A stretch of DNA of 35,843 nt. Source: Sulfurimonadaceae bacterium. Its GTDB lineage: Bacteria > Campylobacterota > Campylobacteria > Campylobacterales > Sulfurimonadaceae. Below are positions 16,832 to 25,187 of this stretch, piece after piece (within the stretch, counting starts at the first letter, position 1; each line of letters begins with the position of its first letter). Both the position numbers and the translations under genes were made by a program. The stretch spans positions 1 through 35,843 of the forward strand of contig JBFEXS010000008.1 of NCBI GenBank assembly GCA_041562555.1, given 5' to 3'. The notes beneath the pieces were generated by a model that was not told where the DNA came from, did no database searches, and saw nothing but the letters and a program-made list of their open reading frames with translations.

Positions 16832-19039
16832 ATGTTTGATTTTTTCCGTAAACTCTTCAAGGCGTTAAATTCTTCAGGTAAGGCGTGGCAACTCTCCGTA
16901 GCGGTCATATTGGCAATGTTCGCTGGTTTTTTACCGGGTAGCTCACTGATTCTTTTTGATATTCTTTTTATTGCACTTGTACTTAATGTCAATTTTGGAT
17001 TATTCCTTCTATTCTCGGTGATTTTCTCGGGGATAGGTTATATCTTTGATCCCTTGTTTGAGTCTTTAGGGTATATGATCCTGACCAATGAGGCGTTCAA
17101 CGGACTGTTTACGATGATGTATAACTCGACATTGATCCGTTGGTCTTCTTTCAACTACACCCTGATTACCGGTTCTTTGGCAGTTTCTACTGTATTGGCT
17201 TTACCTATGTTCTTTATCCTGAATAAAATCGTGACACTGTATCGTGTGCAAATCGGACAAAAGCTGAATGAGTGGAAACTGACGCGCTGGATGAAACTCT
17301 TCAATGAAGAAGCAAAGTCAAGCGCACTCTTTCGCTGGTGGGGCTTGGGTGTCTTTGGTGCCCTGACAACGGCAATCGTACTTTTTTTGGTGTTGCTGTT
17401 TGATCCTTTGGCCAAAATGACCTTGGAAAAGACACTGTCATACAGCTTACAGACTGAAGTGACGATAAAAGAGTTCAGTTCTTCTTTAAGCGATCTCCGC
17501 ATCAAAATCAGCGGGGTTGAGATTGCAGACAGGGATAAATTGACGCATAACCTTGTAGAGTTTGACAGTATGGAGTTTGATCTCGGTCTTTCAGCTTTGA
17601 TGGAGAAAAAAACGATGATCGAAAAGCTGAGTTTGAATGCACTGGCCTTTGATCAACAACGGGAAAAAGCTGCCCATGCCTATGCTGCATCGGAAGAAGA
17701 AGCGACAAGGGAAGATGAAAAAGCGGAAGCCAAGAGCGAAGGCACTGATACAAGCTTCAGTATGCCTGATGTCGATGATATTTTGGCCAAAGAAGAGTTA
17801 CGCAGTATCAAAGAGGCTCAAGACTTCAAAGCAGATGTGGAACAGACCCAGAAAAAATGGGAAAGGATATCGAAAGAGCTTGAAGAATCCGATGATCTTG
17901 ATACGATTCAAGCTGATGCCAAAGCCCTTGAAAAACGACTTAAGGGTGCTTCGTTAAAGGATATCCTCGCAGCCAAAGGAGAAGTAGATACACTTAAGAA
18001 AAAAATTGATGCATTGAAGTCCAAGTATAAAACACTCAAACAGGAATACCGGGCAGACAAGGAGCGTCTCGCACTTAAAGCCTCAGAGCTTAAGGAGCTG
18101 CCGGATAAAGATATCAAGCGTCTTATGCAGAAGTACAGTCTGGATGCCAACGGCGGAGCAAATGTAATCAGTACCTTAGTGAATGATGAAGTTGCTTTAT
18201 ATCTAAAAAAGGCCGTAAAGTACTATAGCCTTGTAAAACCTTATCTCAACAGCAGCGCAGATACACAGGCAGAAGAAGAGACGATACCACCGCCTAGAGG
18301 CGTAGGAAGATGGATCCATTATACAGACCACTCAAAGATTCCGAGTCTTGTCATCAAAAAGGCTGAAGTGGGGATCATATTGGCAGAGGACAGGATACAT
18401 GTAAATATTCAGGACATCTCCTCTGATCAAAAGCTCTATGGAAAACCTATGGTCGCTCACGCCGATGCAAAAGGTGAAAAATATCGTTCCCTTGTCGCAA
18501 ACCTTGTGGATGACAGACGAACTAAGCAGGCAAAGAGCGAGTTTGAACTGAAGCTCAGAGATTACAGTGAAAAGAGTATAGAGATGAGCGGACTTACGAT
18601 GGATGAGAGTCTGATCAACGTCGATCTCAAGGGAGGAGTGGTGGATGGTATTATCAATGCCAAGAGTGATATGAACGTACGTAAAGCCAAGCTCACAATG
18701 GGATCGCAAAAGATGTTGAATACGATTTTGGAAAACATTCACAGTTTTAATGCGAACATAGCTGTCAGAGGTGACGTCTATGCACCGTCAATCAATGTCA
18801 AAAGCGATCTGGATAGACAACTTTCAACGGCGGTAAAATCCAAAGCGACAGCAGAGGCGAAGAAGTTTGAGAGAGAACTCAAATCAGGTGTTTTGAAGAG
18901 GGTAAATGATCAGACTGGTGGATTCAATACGAATCTTGGAGATATTGATTCACTACTGGATGGAAAAAATGATATGCTTTCGGGCATAAATTTGGACTTC
19001 TCGGCCAAAAAATCACTCAAAGGATTATTGCCATTTTAA
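16832..19039 (+). CDS. Fused TIGR03546 (membrane, DUF2062-like) + TIGR03545 (AsmA-like, coiled-coil) protein
   Basis: N-terminal KLFKALNS..WQL...FDPLFESLG...FNYTLITGS; then FRWWG-TM, RG.GRWIHY, C-terminal SINVKSDLD; TAAAAT at 16798-16803. Confidence 0.75.
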   Translation: MFDFFRKLFKALNSSGKAWQLSVAVILAMFAGFLPGSSLILFDILFIALVLNVNFGLFLLFSVIFSGIGYIFDPLFESLGYMILTNEAFNGLFTMMYNSTLIRWSSFNYTLITGSLAVSTVLALPMFFILNKIVTLYRVQIGQKLNEWKLTRWMKLFNEEAKSSALFRWWGLGVFGALTTAIVLFLVLLFDPLAKMTLEKTLSYSLQTEVTIKEFSSSLSDLRIKISGVEIADRDKLTHNLVEFDSMEFDLGLSALMEKKTMIEKLSLNALAFDQQREKAAHAYAASEEEATREDEKAEAKSEGTDTSFSMPDVDDILAKEELRSIKEAQDFKADVEQTQKKWERISKELEESDDLDTIQADAKALEKRLKGASLKDILAAKGEVDTLKKKIDALKSKYKTLKQEYRADKERLALKASELKELPDKDIKRLMQKYSLDANGGANVISTLVNDEVALYLKKAVKYYSLVKPYLNSSADTQAEEETIPPPRGVGRWIHYTDHSKIPSLVIKKAEVGIILAEDRIHVNIQDISSDQKLYGKPMVAHADAKGEKYRSLVANLVDDRRTKQAKSEFELKLRDYSEKSIEMSGLTMDESLINVDLKGGVVDGIINAKSDMNVRKAKLTMGSQKMLNTILENIHSFNANIAVRGDVYAPSINVKSDLDRQLSTAVKSKATAEAKKFERELKSGVLKRVNDQTGGFNTNLGDIDSLLDGKNDMLSGINLDFSAKKSLKGLLPF

Positions 19040-19251
19040 CGCCAGGAAAATATAAACATTATAAGGGACCGCTGTATGAGGTCATTGATATTGCAAAGCA
19101 TTCGGAGACGGAAGAAGAACATGTAGTATATAGAACCCTTTACGGGGACTTTTCTTTATGGATACGCCCCTTGAGTATGTTCATCGAAGAGGTGGAATAT
19201 GAGGGAAAGAAAGTCAAACGTTTTGAGTATATAGGAGAGATGAGTGAGTAG
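19033..19251 (+). CDS. DUF1653 domain protein, missed by the ORF track; no canonical start codon
   Basis: Frame reads (I)LTPGKYKHYKGPLYEVIDIAKHSETEEEHVVYRTLYGDFSLWIRPLSMFIEEVEYEGKKVKRFEYIGEMSE*, with the DUF1653 YxHYKG, HSET, VVY, WxRP..MF motifs. Start position uncertain (ATT 19033 or ACG 19039). Confidence 0.88.
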   Translation: MLTPGKYKHYKGPLYEVIDIAKHSETEEEHVVYRTLYGDFSLWIRPLSMFIEEVEYEGKKVKRFEYIGEMSE

Positions 19252-19579
19252 AGGGAAAAAACTGGATCTGAACATCGGTGCATCTTTTGAAGACGAATGG
19301 AATGTGGTGGAGGGAAAAAAGGTCTTAAGCAAGAAAGAACTGCTTCCTGCGGAAAAACATTTCCTTGTCTTCAAGTTTGAAAAACGAAAGGGAAAGCCTG
19401 TGACCCTAATCGGTCCGTTCCATATCAAAAAAGATGAGGCAAACGCACTGCTGAAAAAGGTGAAGAAATCCTTGGGCAGTGGGGGCGCATATAAGGATGA
19501 GTTTATGGAATTTCAAGGAGACTGCAAAGAGCGTCTGCGTGAGCTTTTTACCAAAGAGGGGTTTCGTTTCAAGAAATAG
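19244..19579 (+). CDS. Translation initiation factor SUI1/eIF1 family protein (YciH-like)
   Basis: EKRKGKPVTLIG, LKKVKKSLGSGGAYK, EFQGD; GTG start with AGGAG SD at 19233-19237. Confidence 0.88.
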   Translation: MSRGKKLDLNIGASFEDEWNVVEGKKVLSKKELLPAEKHFLVFKFEKRKGKPVTLIGPFHIKKDEANALLKKVKKSLGSGGAYKDEFMEFQGDCKERLRELFTKEGFRFKK

Positions 19580-19620
19580 GGAGTATCGTTCTGTTCTATT
19601 GCCGATGCATATATTTGGAT

Positions 19621-20868
19621 CTAGGCAGTCTGCATGAACCTATCTTCCGTGAGTTCGGATGAGATAACACGGTTTCTGCCTTTAGCCTTGGCTTCATAAA
19701 GGTTTTCATCTGCCTTGTGCAGGATATAGTCAGCTTTGGTGTTCTGATCGGCAAAAAGTGTTACGAGACCGATGGAGACAGTGACAGAACTGTCTACTTC
19801 ACTCTCTTTATGTTCGATACCAAGACTCTGTACTCTTTTTCGTAACTTCTCTGCCATCTTATGGGCTTTGATATGTTCGATATCTGCAATCAATATACCA
19901 AACTCTTCACCTCCGAGACGAAAGAGATAGTCCCCCGGACGCATAAGCGTCTCTTTCATTACGGTTGCCACTTGTTTAAGTGCCTTGTCTCCTTGTAAAT
20001 GTCCATAGCTGTCATTGTATCCCTTGAAAAAATCGACATCAAGCATCATGAAGGCGATAGATTTTCCCTCCCGTATGGAACGTGTCAGTTCACGGTTATA
20101 TACAAGGTTGAAATAGCGGCGATTGTATAGATCCGTCAAGGCATCTGTGATAGAAGCAGTTTCAAGGCGTTTATTGGCTACCTGGAGCTTCTTTGAAGCC
20201 TGAATCAATGAAGCTTCATTGTTCTGAATACTTTTAAAGATCGGTACAATGGTGATGACAGCAGCAGCGATAATGAAGACCAAGATTGCGAGGAGTTTAT
20301 AGTTTGTCTCATCATAGGTCTCGATAAGGTTCCTACGCTCAAACTGCGCGACTTGTTTCTCATATGTCAGGATGTTCTCGATGATTTGGTTGATGTGATG
20401 GATGTGACCAAGAAGCGAACTTGAGGAGAGTTTGCCAAGATGTTCTTTATCCAGTCTAAGAATGGCTGAGTTCAGACGTTTGAGATAATGGGCAGACTTT
20501 TCTATCTCTGAAGTGGCATAGTCAATATAAGCGGTTTCATAATCACGTTTGAAGTGTGATTTATAGGATGCCCAGTTTTTAAGGACCTCTTCACGGGCAC
20601 TGTTGATCGTGGCGGCAGCATTGGCAGGTGCGATATACTGATCCTTCAACTGATAAAATGCAGTTGTGACTTTTTTGTTGTAGGTGTTTTGGATATTGGT
20701 AAGTTCGGTAACAGGGATCAGGCTTCCAAAGTAGAGTGAATCAAGGTTCTGTTTCATCTTTTGCATATTAAAATAGCCAAGGGCTGCCGTGATGATCATA
20801 CCTGACAGAATCAAGGCCAGGAGCATATAGAGTTTCTGTTGTAAAGAGAGCGCATCCACAAGTTTCAT
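19621..20868 (-). CDS. Membrane diguanylate cyclase with periplasmic four-helix-bundle (4HB_MCP) sensor
   Basis: Two TMs flanking a helical sensor; TDALTDLYNRR, DVDFFKGYNDSYGH, I-site RPGD, GGEEF. Confidence 0.93.
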   Translation of the reverse strand: MKLVDALSLQQKLYMLLALILSGMIITAALGYFNMQKMKQNLDSLYFGSLIPVTELTNIQNTYNKKVTTAFYQLKDQYIAPANAAATINSAREEVLKNWASYKSHFKRDYETAYIDYATSEIEKSAHYLKRLNSAILRLDKEHLGKLSSSSLLGHIHHINQIIENILTYEKQVAQFERRNLIETYDETNYKLLAILVFIIAAAVITIVPIFKSIQNNEASLIQASKKLQVANKRLETASITDALTDLYNRRYFNLVYNRELTRSIREGKSIAFMMLDVDFFKGYNDSYGHLQGDKALKQVATVMKETLMRPGDYLFRLGGEEFGILIADIEHIKAHKMAEKLRKRVQSLGIEHKESEVDSSVTVSIGLVTLFADQNTKADYILHKADENLYEAKAKGRNRVISSELTEDRFMQTA

Positions 20869-20887
20869 CTATAGACTCCTTTTTAAG

Positions 20888-20893
20888 TATAAT
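20888..20893 (+). promoter_or_regulatory. sigma70 -10 (TATAAT) for the 87-aa hypothetical gene
   Basis: TATAAT 55 nt upstream of ATG 20949, which has an AAGGA SD. Confidence 0.5.
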
Positions 20894-20903
20894 TAGGCAA
20901 ATC

Positions 20904-20921
20904 AAGCAAGTTTAGTACCAA
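20904..20921 (-). promoter_or_regulatory. sigma54 (-24/-12) promoter of the diguanylate cyclase
   Basis: Minus strand TTGGTAC-TAAAC-TTGCTT; GG-N10-GC spacing exact; ~35 nt upstream of ATG 20868 with AAGGAG SD. Confidence 0.75.
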
Positions 20922-20948
20922 GGTACGAGAACAGATTACTAAGGAAAT

Positions 20949-21212
20949 ATGATGGAAAACGAACAGATTGAACTTAACTCGCAAGAGCTTTTTTTGGGGT
21001 TGGCAATGGTATTGCACTCGACAGCGGGGAATATTGAAGAGGGTAAACTGCAATATGAGGATGCAAAAGAGATCTATATCAAGGTGCTACCGGATATTGC
21101 ACGTATGATTTTACAAGAACACAGTGATGAAGAGATGATTGAAGCGGCCAAGAAGATGGGCGGTCTTCTGAGTGAAATTGCTAAAGCAAAAGGGGTTGAG
21201 ATCAGTAGTTAG
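20949..21212 (+). CDS. Hypothetical acidic helical protein
   Basis: 87-aa ORF with AAGGA SD and upstream TATAAT; 11-bp convergent overlap with the next gene. Confidence 0.7.
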   Translation: MMENEQIELNSQELFLGLAMVLHSTAGNIEEGKLQYEDAKEIYIKVLPDIARMILQEHSDEEMIEAAKKMGGLLSEIAKAKGVEISS

Positions 21213-23631
21213 AGCGGCTGATCTCTAGAAGTGTCTCATGGGGAGGCATGGCTGGATGAAGATGATCTCCTTGAACCAGCTGCACATTTAACTTGCGTAG
21301 CTCTTCGAAGATATCCGATGAGTCGACTGAGGAGGCGATGACTTCTGTTTTAAGGGTATGTGCAAGTTCGATCAACACTTTTAGCGTGGCCGCATCCTCT
21401 TCAGTAGTGTGATGGACGAACTTCTTATGGATCTTAAGGCCATGTAGAGGCAGTTTATACAGATCGGCAATCGATGATACACCCATACCAAAGTTATTCA
21501 CGATCAGTTTGATACCCAGTAGATGAAAGCGTTGGACGCTCTCATACAGGTTGCTTTGCATTAAGGCATCTTGCTGGACTTGTATATGCAGTAATGAAGC
21601 ATCATAGTCGATGGTCTCTAATGTTTTTTGCAGCTCTGTGATGAACTCTTCGTTCAAAAGCTGTTTGTTAGGCAGCATGAAACTGAGACTGAAGGGTCTT
21701 TCAAATTTCTCTTGCCATTTTTTGACTTGACTCAAAGAGGCATGCAAGAGCCAGGAACAGATTTTATTAATGAATTCACTCTGCATGGCAACAGGTAAAA
21801 AGACCTCGGGTTTGACAACACCGTAGGTCTCATTTTCCCAACGTAAGATCGCCTCAAAGCCAATGATCTTTTTGGTATGAAGGTGTACACGGGGCTGGTA
21901 ATAGATCTGCATCTCATCTTTTTCCAAAGCATGTCGCAGTTCCATCTCGAAGATCATCTGGTTCACCGAATCGATATTCAGCTCTTTCGTGAAATATTGT
22001 ACATTGTTTTTGCCAAGCTCTTTTGCACGGTACATGGCATTATCGGCGTGTTTGAGGACAGATTCAAGATCCAGAGCATCATCGGGATAGATGCTGATAC
22101 CGATACTGGTGGTGATACTGACAATGGCTTCTTTAAGCCGGATGTCTTGAGAAACAGCGTTGATCATTTTTTGAGCGAGTATGTTTAAAGAACGGGTCTC
22201 TGTCTCATTCTCGATAATAACGGTAAATTCATCTCCCCCAAGGCGTGCAAGCATATCTGACTTTCGGATAGTCTTTTTAAGACGGGATGCGGTTATTTTA
22301 AGTACTTCGTCTCCTGCATTGTGTCCATAGGTGTCATTGATCGCTTTAAAGCCATCCAAGTCCATGAAAAATACAGCACATTTTTTCTCATACCGCTTTG
22401 CGCGCGCTATACTCTCTTCCAGACGATTTAAAAAAGCATGACGGTTGGAGAGTTTGGTAAGGGGGTCGAAGTGCGCGAGTTGATACAGTTTTTCTTCACT
22501 CTGTTTTCGATAGGTTATATCATAAAAGATAGAGATATAGTGTTTGGTGTCCTTAGACCTTTCTCCTTCGATAACACTCAGGTGCGCAGGGAATTGGTGG
22601 CCGTCTTTGTGACGTTGATGAACCTCTCCCTGCCAGGAACCTTTAGTGAGGAGTTCAAACAGGATATTATTGGATTGGTCGGCCTGTTTCTCATCACTAC
22701 ACCAAAGCAGGTTGAAATCTTTACCGACGACCTCTTTCTTTGTATAACCCGTGATATCGGTAAAGGCCTTGTTTACCGTTAAGATCTTGTGTTCTTCATC
22801 ACTGATGACCACGGCTTCAAGGGTGTGCTCAAATACGATACTGTTGGTTTGTAAACGCTCTTCAGCCCGTCGTTGTTTCGAGATGTCTTGGATCGTGGAG
22901 TCTATCCAGACCGGTAAATTGTTTTCATAATGAACGGTCGAACTTACTGCGATGGTTAAAGGTTTTTTATTGACTTTTTGCATCTGTAGAACAGCATGAT
23001 TGAGTTTCCCGTTACGTAGGAGTTTTGTACGGTATTTTTTCCGGTCTTCGGGATGTTTATAAAACTCCGTCACAGAAGTCTGCATAAAACTTTCCAGATC
23101 ATCAAAGCCAAAAAGATGTGCAGAAGCGGGATTGGCTTTGATGATCTTTCCTTCATTGACAGTGGTACGGATCAATCCGACCTGGATACCGTCAAAGAAC
23201 ATCTGATAGGACTTTTTTCGTCTTTCAAGCTCTTCATGTGCTTCTTTTAGGGAGCTTATATCATTAAAGATAGTGAGGAAAACACCTTTTTCATGGGAGA
23301 TGATTCGTACTTGATAATACCGCTTTAAGATATCCGAATAATATTCGGTACATATATCCTTTTGATTGAGTGCAACATCTGCACAAATCTCTATCCACTC
23401 CTGTTTTGTCTCTGGCATCAGATCCAAGATCGTCTTGCCTATTACCTGTTGCCGGGTAAATCCGGTCAATGCTTCAAAGGCACTGTTGACTTCAAGAAAA
23501 CGGTAATCGACAGGTTCGTGTTTATAATCAAGTATGATCTCATTAACAGCATAACCGTTAAGCATCGTCTCAATAAGTTGATGATATTGAGGATTTATAC
23601 TTAAAAACTGCGAGAAATCTTTACGTTTCAT
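21202..23631 (-). CDS. PAS-PAS-PAS-GGDEF-EAL(degenerate) protein
   Basis: PAS motifs VNSAFEALTG, ANPASAHLFG, VNKAFTDITGY; DLDGFKAINDTYGH, RKSD, GGDEF; EAL motifs decayed (EAI, QVQQ, NNFG, KIH, ASSV); TATAAT at 23661-23656. Confidence 0.92.
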   Translation of the reverse strand: MKRKDFSQFLSINPQYHQLIETMLNGYAVNEIILDYKHEPVDYRFLEVNSAFEALTGFTRQQVIGKTILDLMPETKQEWIEICADVALNQKDICTEYYSDILKRYYQVRIISHEKGVFLTIFNDISSLKEAHEELERRKKSYQMFFDGIQVGLIRTTVNEGKIIKANPASAHLFGFDDLESFMQTSVTEFYKHPEDRKKYRTKLLRNGKLNHAVLQMQKVNKKPLTIAVSSTVHYENNLPVWIDSTIQDISKQRRAEERLQTNSIVFEHTLEAVVISDEEHKILTVNKAFTDITGYTKKEVVGKDFNLLWCSDEKQADQSNNILFELLTKGSWQGEVHQRHKDGHQFPAHLSVIEGERSKDTKHYISIFYDITYRKQSEEKLYQLAHFDPLTKLSNRHAFLNRLEESIARAKRYEKKCAVFFMDLDGFKAINDTYGHNAGDEVLKITASRLKKTIRKSDMLARLGGDEFTVIIENETETRSLNILAQKMINAVSQDIRLKEAIVSITTSIGISIYPDDALDLESVLKHADNAMYRAKELGKNNVQYFTKELNIDSVNQMIFEMELRHALEKDEMQIYYQPRVHLHTKKIIGFEAILRWENETYGVVKPEVFLPVAMQSEFINKICSWLLHASLSQVKKWQEKFERPFSLSFMLPNKQLLNEEFITELQKTLETIDYDASLLHIQVQQDALMQSNLYESVQRFHLLGIKLIVNNFGMGVSSIADLYKLPLHGLKIHKKFVHHTTEEDAATLKVLIELAHTLKTEVIASSVDSSDIFEELRKLNVQLVQGDHLHPAMPPHETLLEISRSNY

Positions 23632-23746
23632 AACACCCTTCTTTTATTAGGTATTATTATACTTTATATTTCTTAAAAAGTTTTTGTCTGTTGGATTTAA
23701 TTGTATAATAATATTATGATAAAACTTCAAGCCTCTTGATTACAGG

Positions 23747-23875
23747 CTAATTGAGTAAAAAGTCCAATAGTAGGTAGAGAAGATAGGTAAAGACTCCTAT
23801 GATGCCGAAAACCAGTGTCAGTCGTATAAACAGGGCGAAGAGAAACTTTATCAGGGTATGTGGGCTGATCTTCAT
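23747..23875 (-). CDS. Unannotated 42-aa hydrophobic membrane microprotein
   Basis: MKISPHTLIKFLFALFIRLTLVFGIIGVFTYLLYLLLDFLLN*; its ATG overlaps the rhodanese stop (ATGA); followed by an AGCCT...AGGCT hairpin. Confidence 0.6.
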   Translation of the reverse strand: MKISPHTLIKFLFALFIRLTLVFGIIGVFTYLLYLLLDFLLN

Positions 23876-24273
23876 TTGGAAGGGGAATATTTTACTGTCT
23901 TATAGCCCAGTTTCTTAAGATGATCCATACCCCCTACCAGGTTGATGACACGCATATTGAACTCTTGGGACAAGAAGTGCGAAACTTCTTTTGTACGTGT
24001 CCCTACATGACAGATAAGTGCAAAGGTCTCATCTTTTTTGACATGTTTTTGAAGCTCTTGCATAAACAGGGGGATATTATAGCTTCCGTCTGAATACCAG
24101 AAGGTGATGGGGACTGCGCCTTTGATGAGGCCTGTCTCTTTCCATTCCCCCTCAGTACGTATATCAATGATCGTTATGCCCGAATCGATCAATTCTTGTG
24201 TGGGATATTTATTGATGACCTCTGCATTAAGCTGAAGTAAAAAGATACATAATAAGCAAAATAGTTTTTTCAT
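23872..24273 (-). CDS. Periplasmic rhodanese-like domain protein
   Basis: Signal peptide; IIDIRTEGEWKETG.I.GA, active-site loop LICHVGTRT, NLVGGM. Confidence 0.88.
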   Translation of the reverse strand: MKKLFCLLCIFLLQLNAEVINKYPTQELIDSGITIIDIRTEGEWKETGLIKGAVPITFWYSDGSYNIPLFMQELQKHVKKDETFALICHVGTRTKEVSHFLSQEFNMRVINLVGGMDHLKKLGYKTVKYSPSK

Positions 24274-24303
24274 AAATAGTGCCTCTTTAAAAATTACGAT
24301 AAG

Positions 24304-24316
24304 ATTATACTAAAAT
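24304..24316. promoter_or_regulatory. Back-to-back -10 elements (bidirectional promoter)
   Basis: ATTATA (TATAAT on minus) - C - TAAAAT (plus) in the 57-bp divergent intergenic region. Confidence 0.5.
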
Positions 24317-24330
24317 AATACAGAGGCTTC

Positions 24331-24699
24331 ATGGCATCGGCAAAAAAAATAGAAAATGCACAGCGTTTGCGTTACATTCGTCTGCTTGAGCGTTTTTTCA
24401 ACAGTATCATCTCCTATCTTTCCAAAAGTGAGGCACCCAGCAAGGAACAGTATGCCAAGCGAATCGAGAATAATTCGAAGTATCTTGACCGGATCGAACC
24501 TGTACCCTTGTATAAAAGTGAATTGACTGACCTTGAAAACCTTGTAAAGAAGATGAAAAGCATGGCTGGGAGTGAACTGAGTATAGAAGAAATAGCAGAT
24601 GAGATACTGCATGCTGCTAATAAATTAGAACAAAGCAACAATAATCGACGGTATAAAAAAGACAAGCACAAGAGTGATCAGTTTAAAGATTGGGAATGA
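24331..24699 (+). CDS. Hypothetical helical protein with basic C-terminus
   Basis: 122-aa ORF, GAGG SD, ATGA-coupled to the next gene; ends RRYKKDKHK...DWE. Confidence 0.8.
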   Translation: MASAKKIENAQRLRYIRLLERFFNSIISYLSKSEAPSKEQYAKRIENNSKYLDRIEPVPLYKSELTDLENLVKKMKSMAGSELSIEEIADEILHAANKLEQSNNNRRYKKDKHKSDQFKDWE

Positions 24700-25187
24700 G
24701 GTTTACTCGAAAGCTTGAACATTTTTTTATCCTGATGATCCTTTTATCCTTGGGAGTGATGGGCTACAACTGGTATGCGCAGAGCTCTTTTGAGAATAAT
24801 CCCCTTAATCCCCGGATACAAAAGCGTATAGATTCGGCACAGCAAAAGGTAGTGTCGCTCATTGACAGACATTATGGACTCCGACCGCATATCCTCTTGA
24901 TCGTCTCTGATGAGTTCGACAGCCGTTTATACGGCCTGACATCCTATAAAGACAAACAACTTAAGATTTATTTGAATAAAAAGCGTTTTAAAGAGAGCGA
25001 AGAGTATATGATAGAAGAGGTTATCCCCCATGAGTATGCCCATGCAATCCATTTTATCTCAGAAGGTATAAGCAGTAAAGATGGACATACCCCGAAGTGG
25101 CAAGAGATATGTAAGGTGCTCGAAGGAGTCCGGTGCGAGCGTTATGTTGATAATGAAGATATCGTACGACAGAAGATGGGGTTATAA
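24696..25187 (+). CDS. SprT-like zinc metalloprotease domain protein with N-terminal membrane anchor
   Basis: EVIPHEYAHA (HExxH), GHTPKWQEICKVLEG; N-terminal TM; ATG 24696 overlaps the upstream stop. Confidence 0.85.
   Translation: MRFTRKLEHFFILMILLSLGVMGYNWYAQSSFENNPLNPRIQKRIDSAQQKVVSLIDRHYGLRPHILLIVSDEFDSRLYGLTSYKDKQLKIYLNKKRFKESEEYMIEEVIPHEYAHAIHFISEGISSKDGHTPKWQEICKVLEGVRCERYVDNEDIVRQKMGL

Noticed and set aside
19596..19610. GCCGAT sigma28-like -10
   Set aside because: No properly spaced TAAA -35, and it points into the 3' end of a convergent gene
23700..23872. Possible c-di-GMP riboswitch upstream of the PAS-GGDEF-EAL gene
   Set aside because: No GEMM-type two-hairpin motif found; the region is better explained by the 42-aa ORF, and the gene's own TATAAT lies downstream of it
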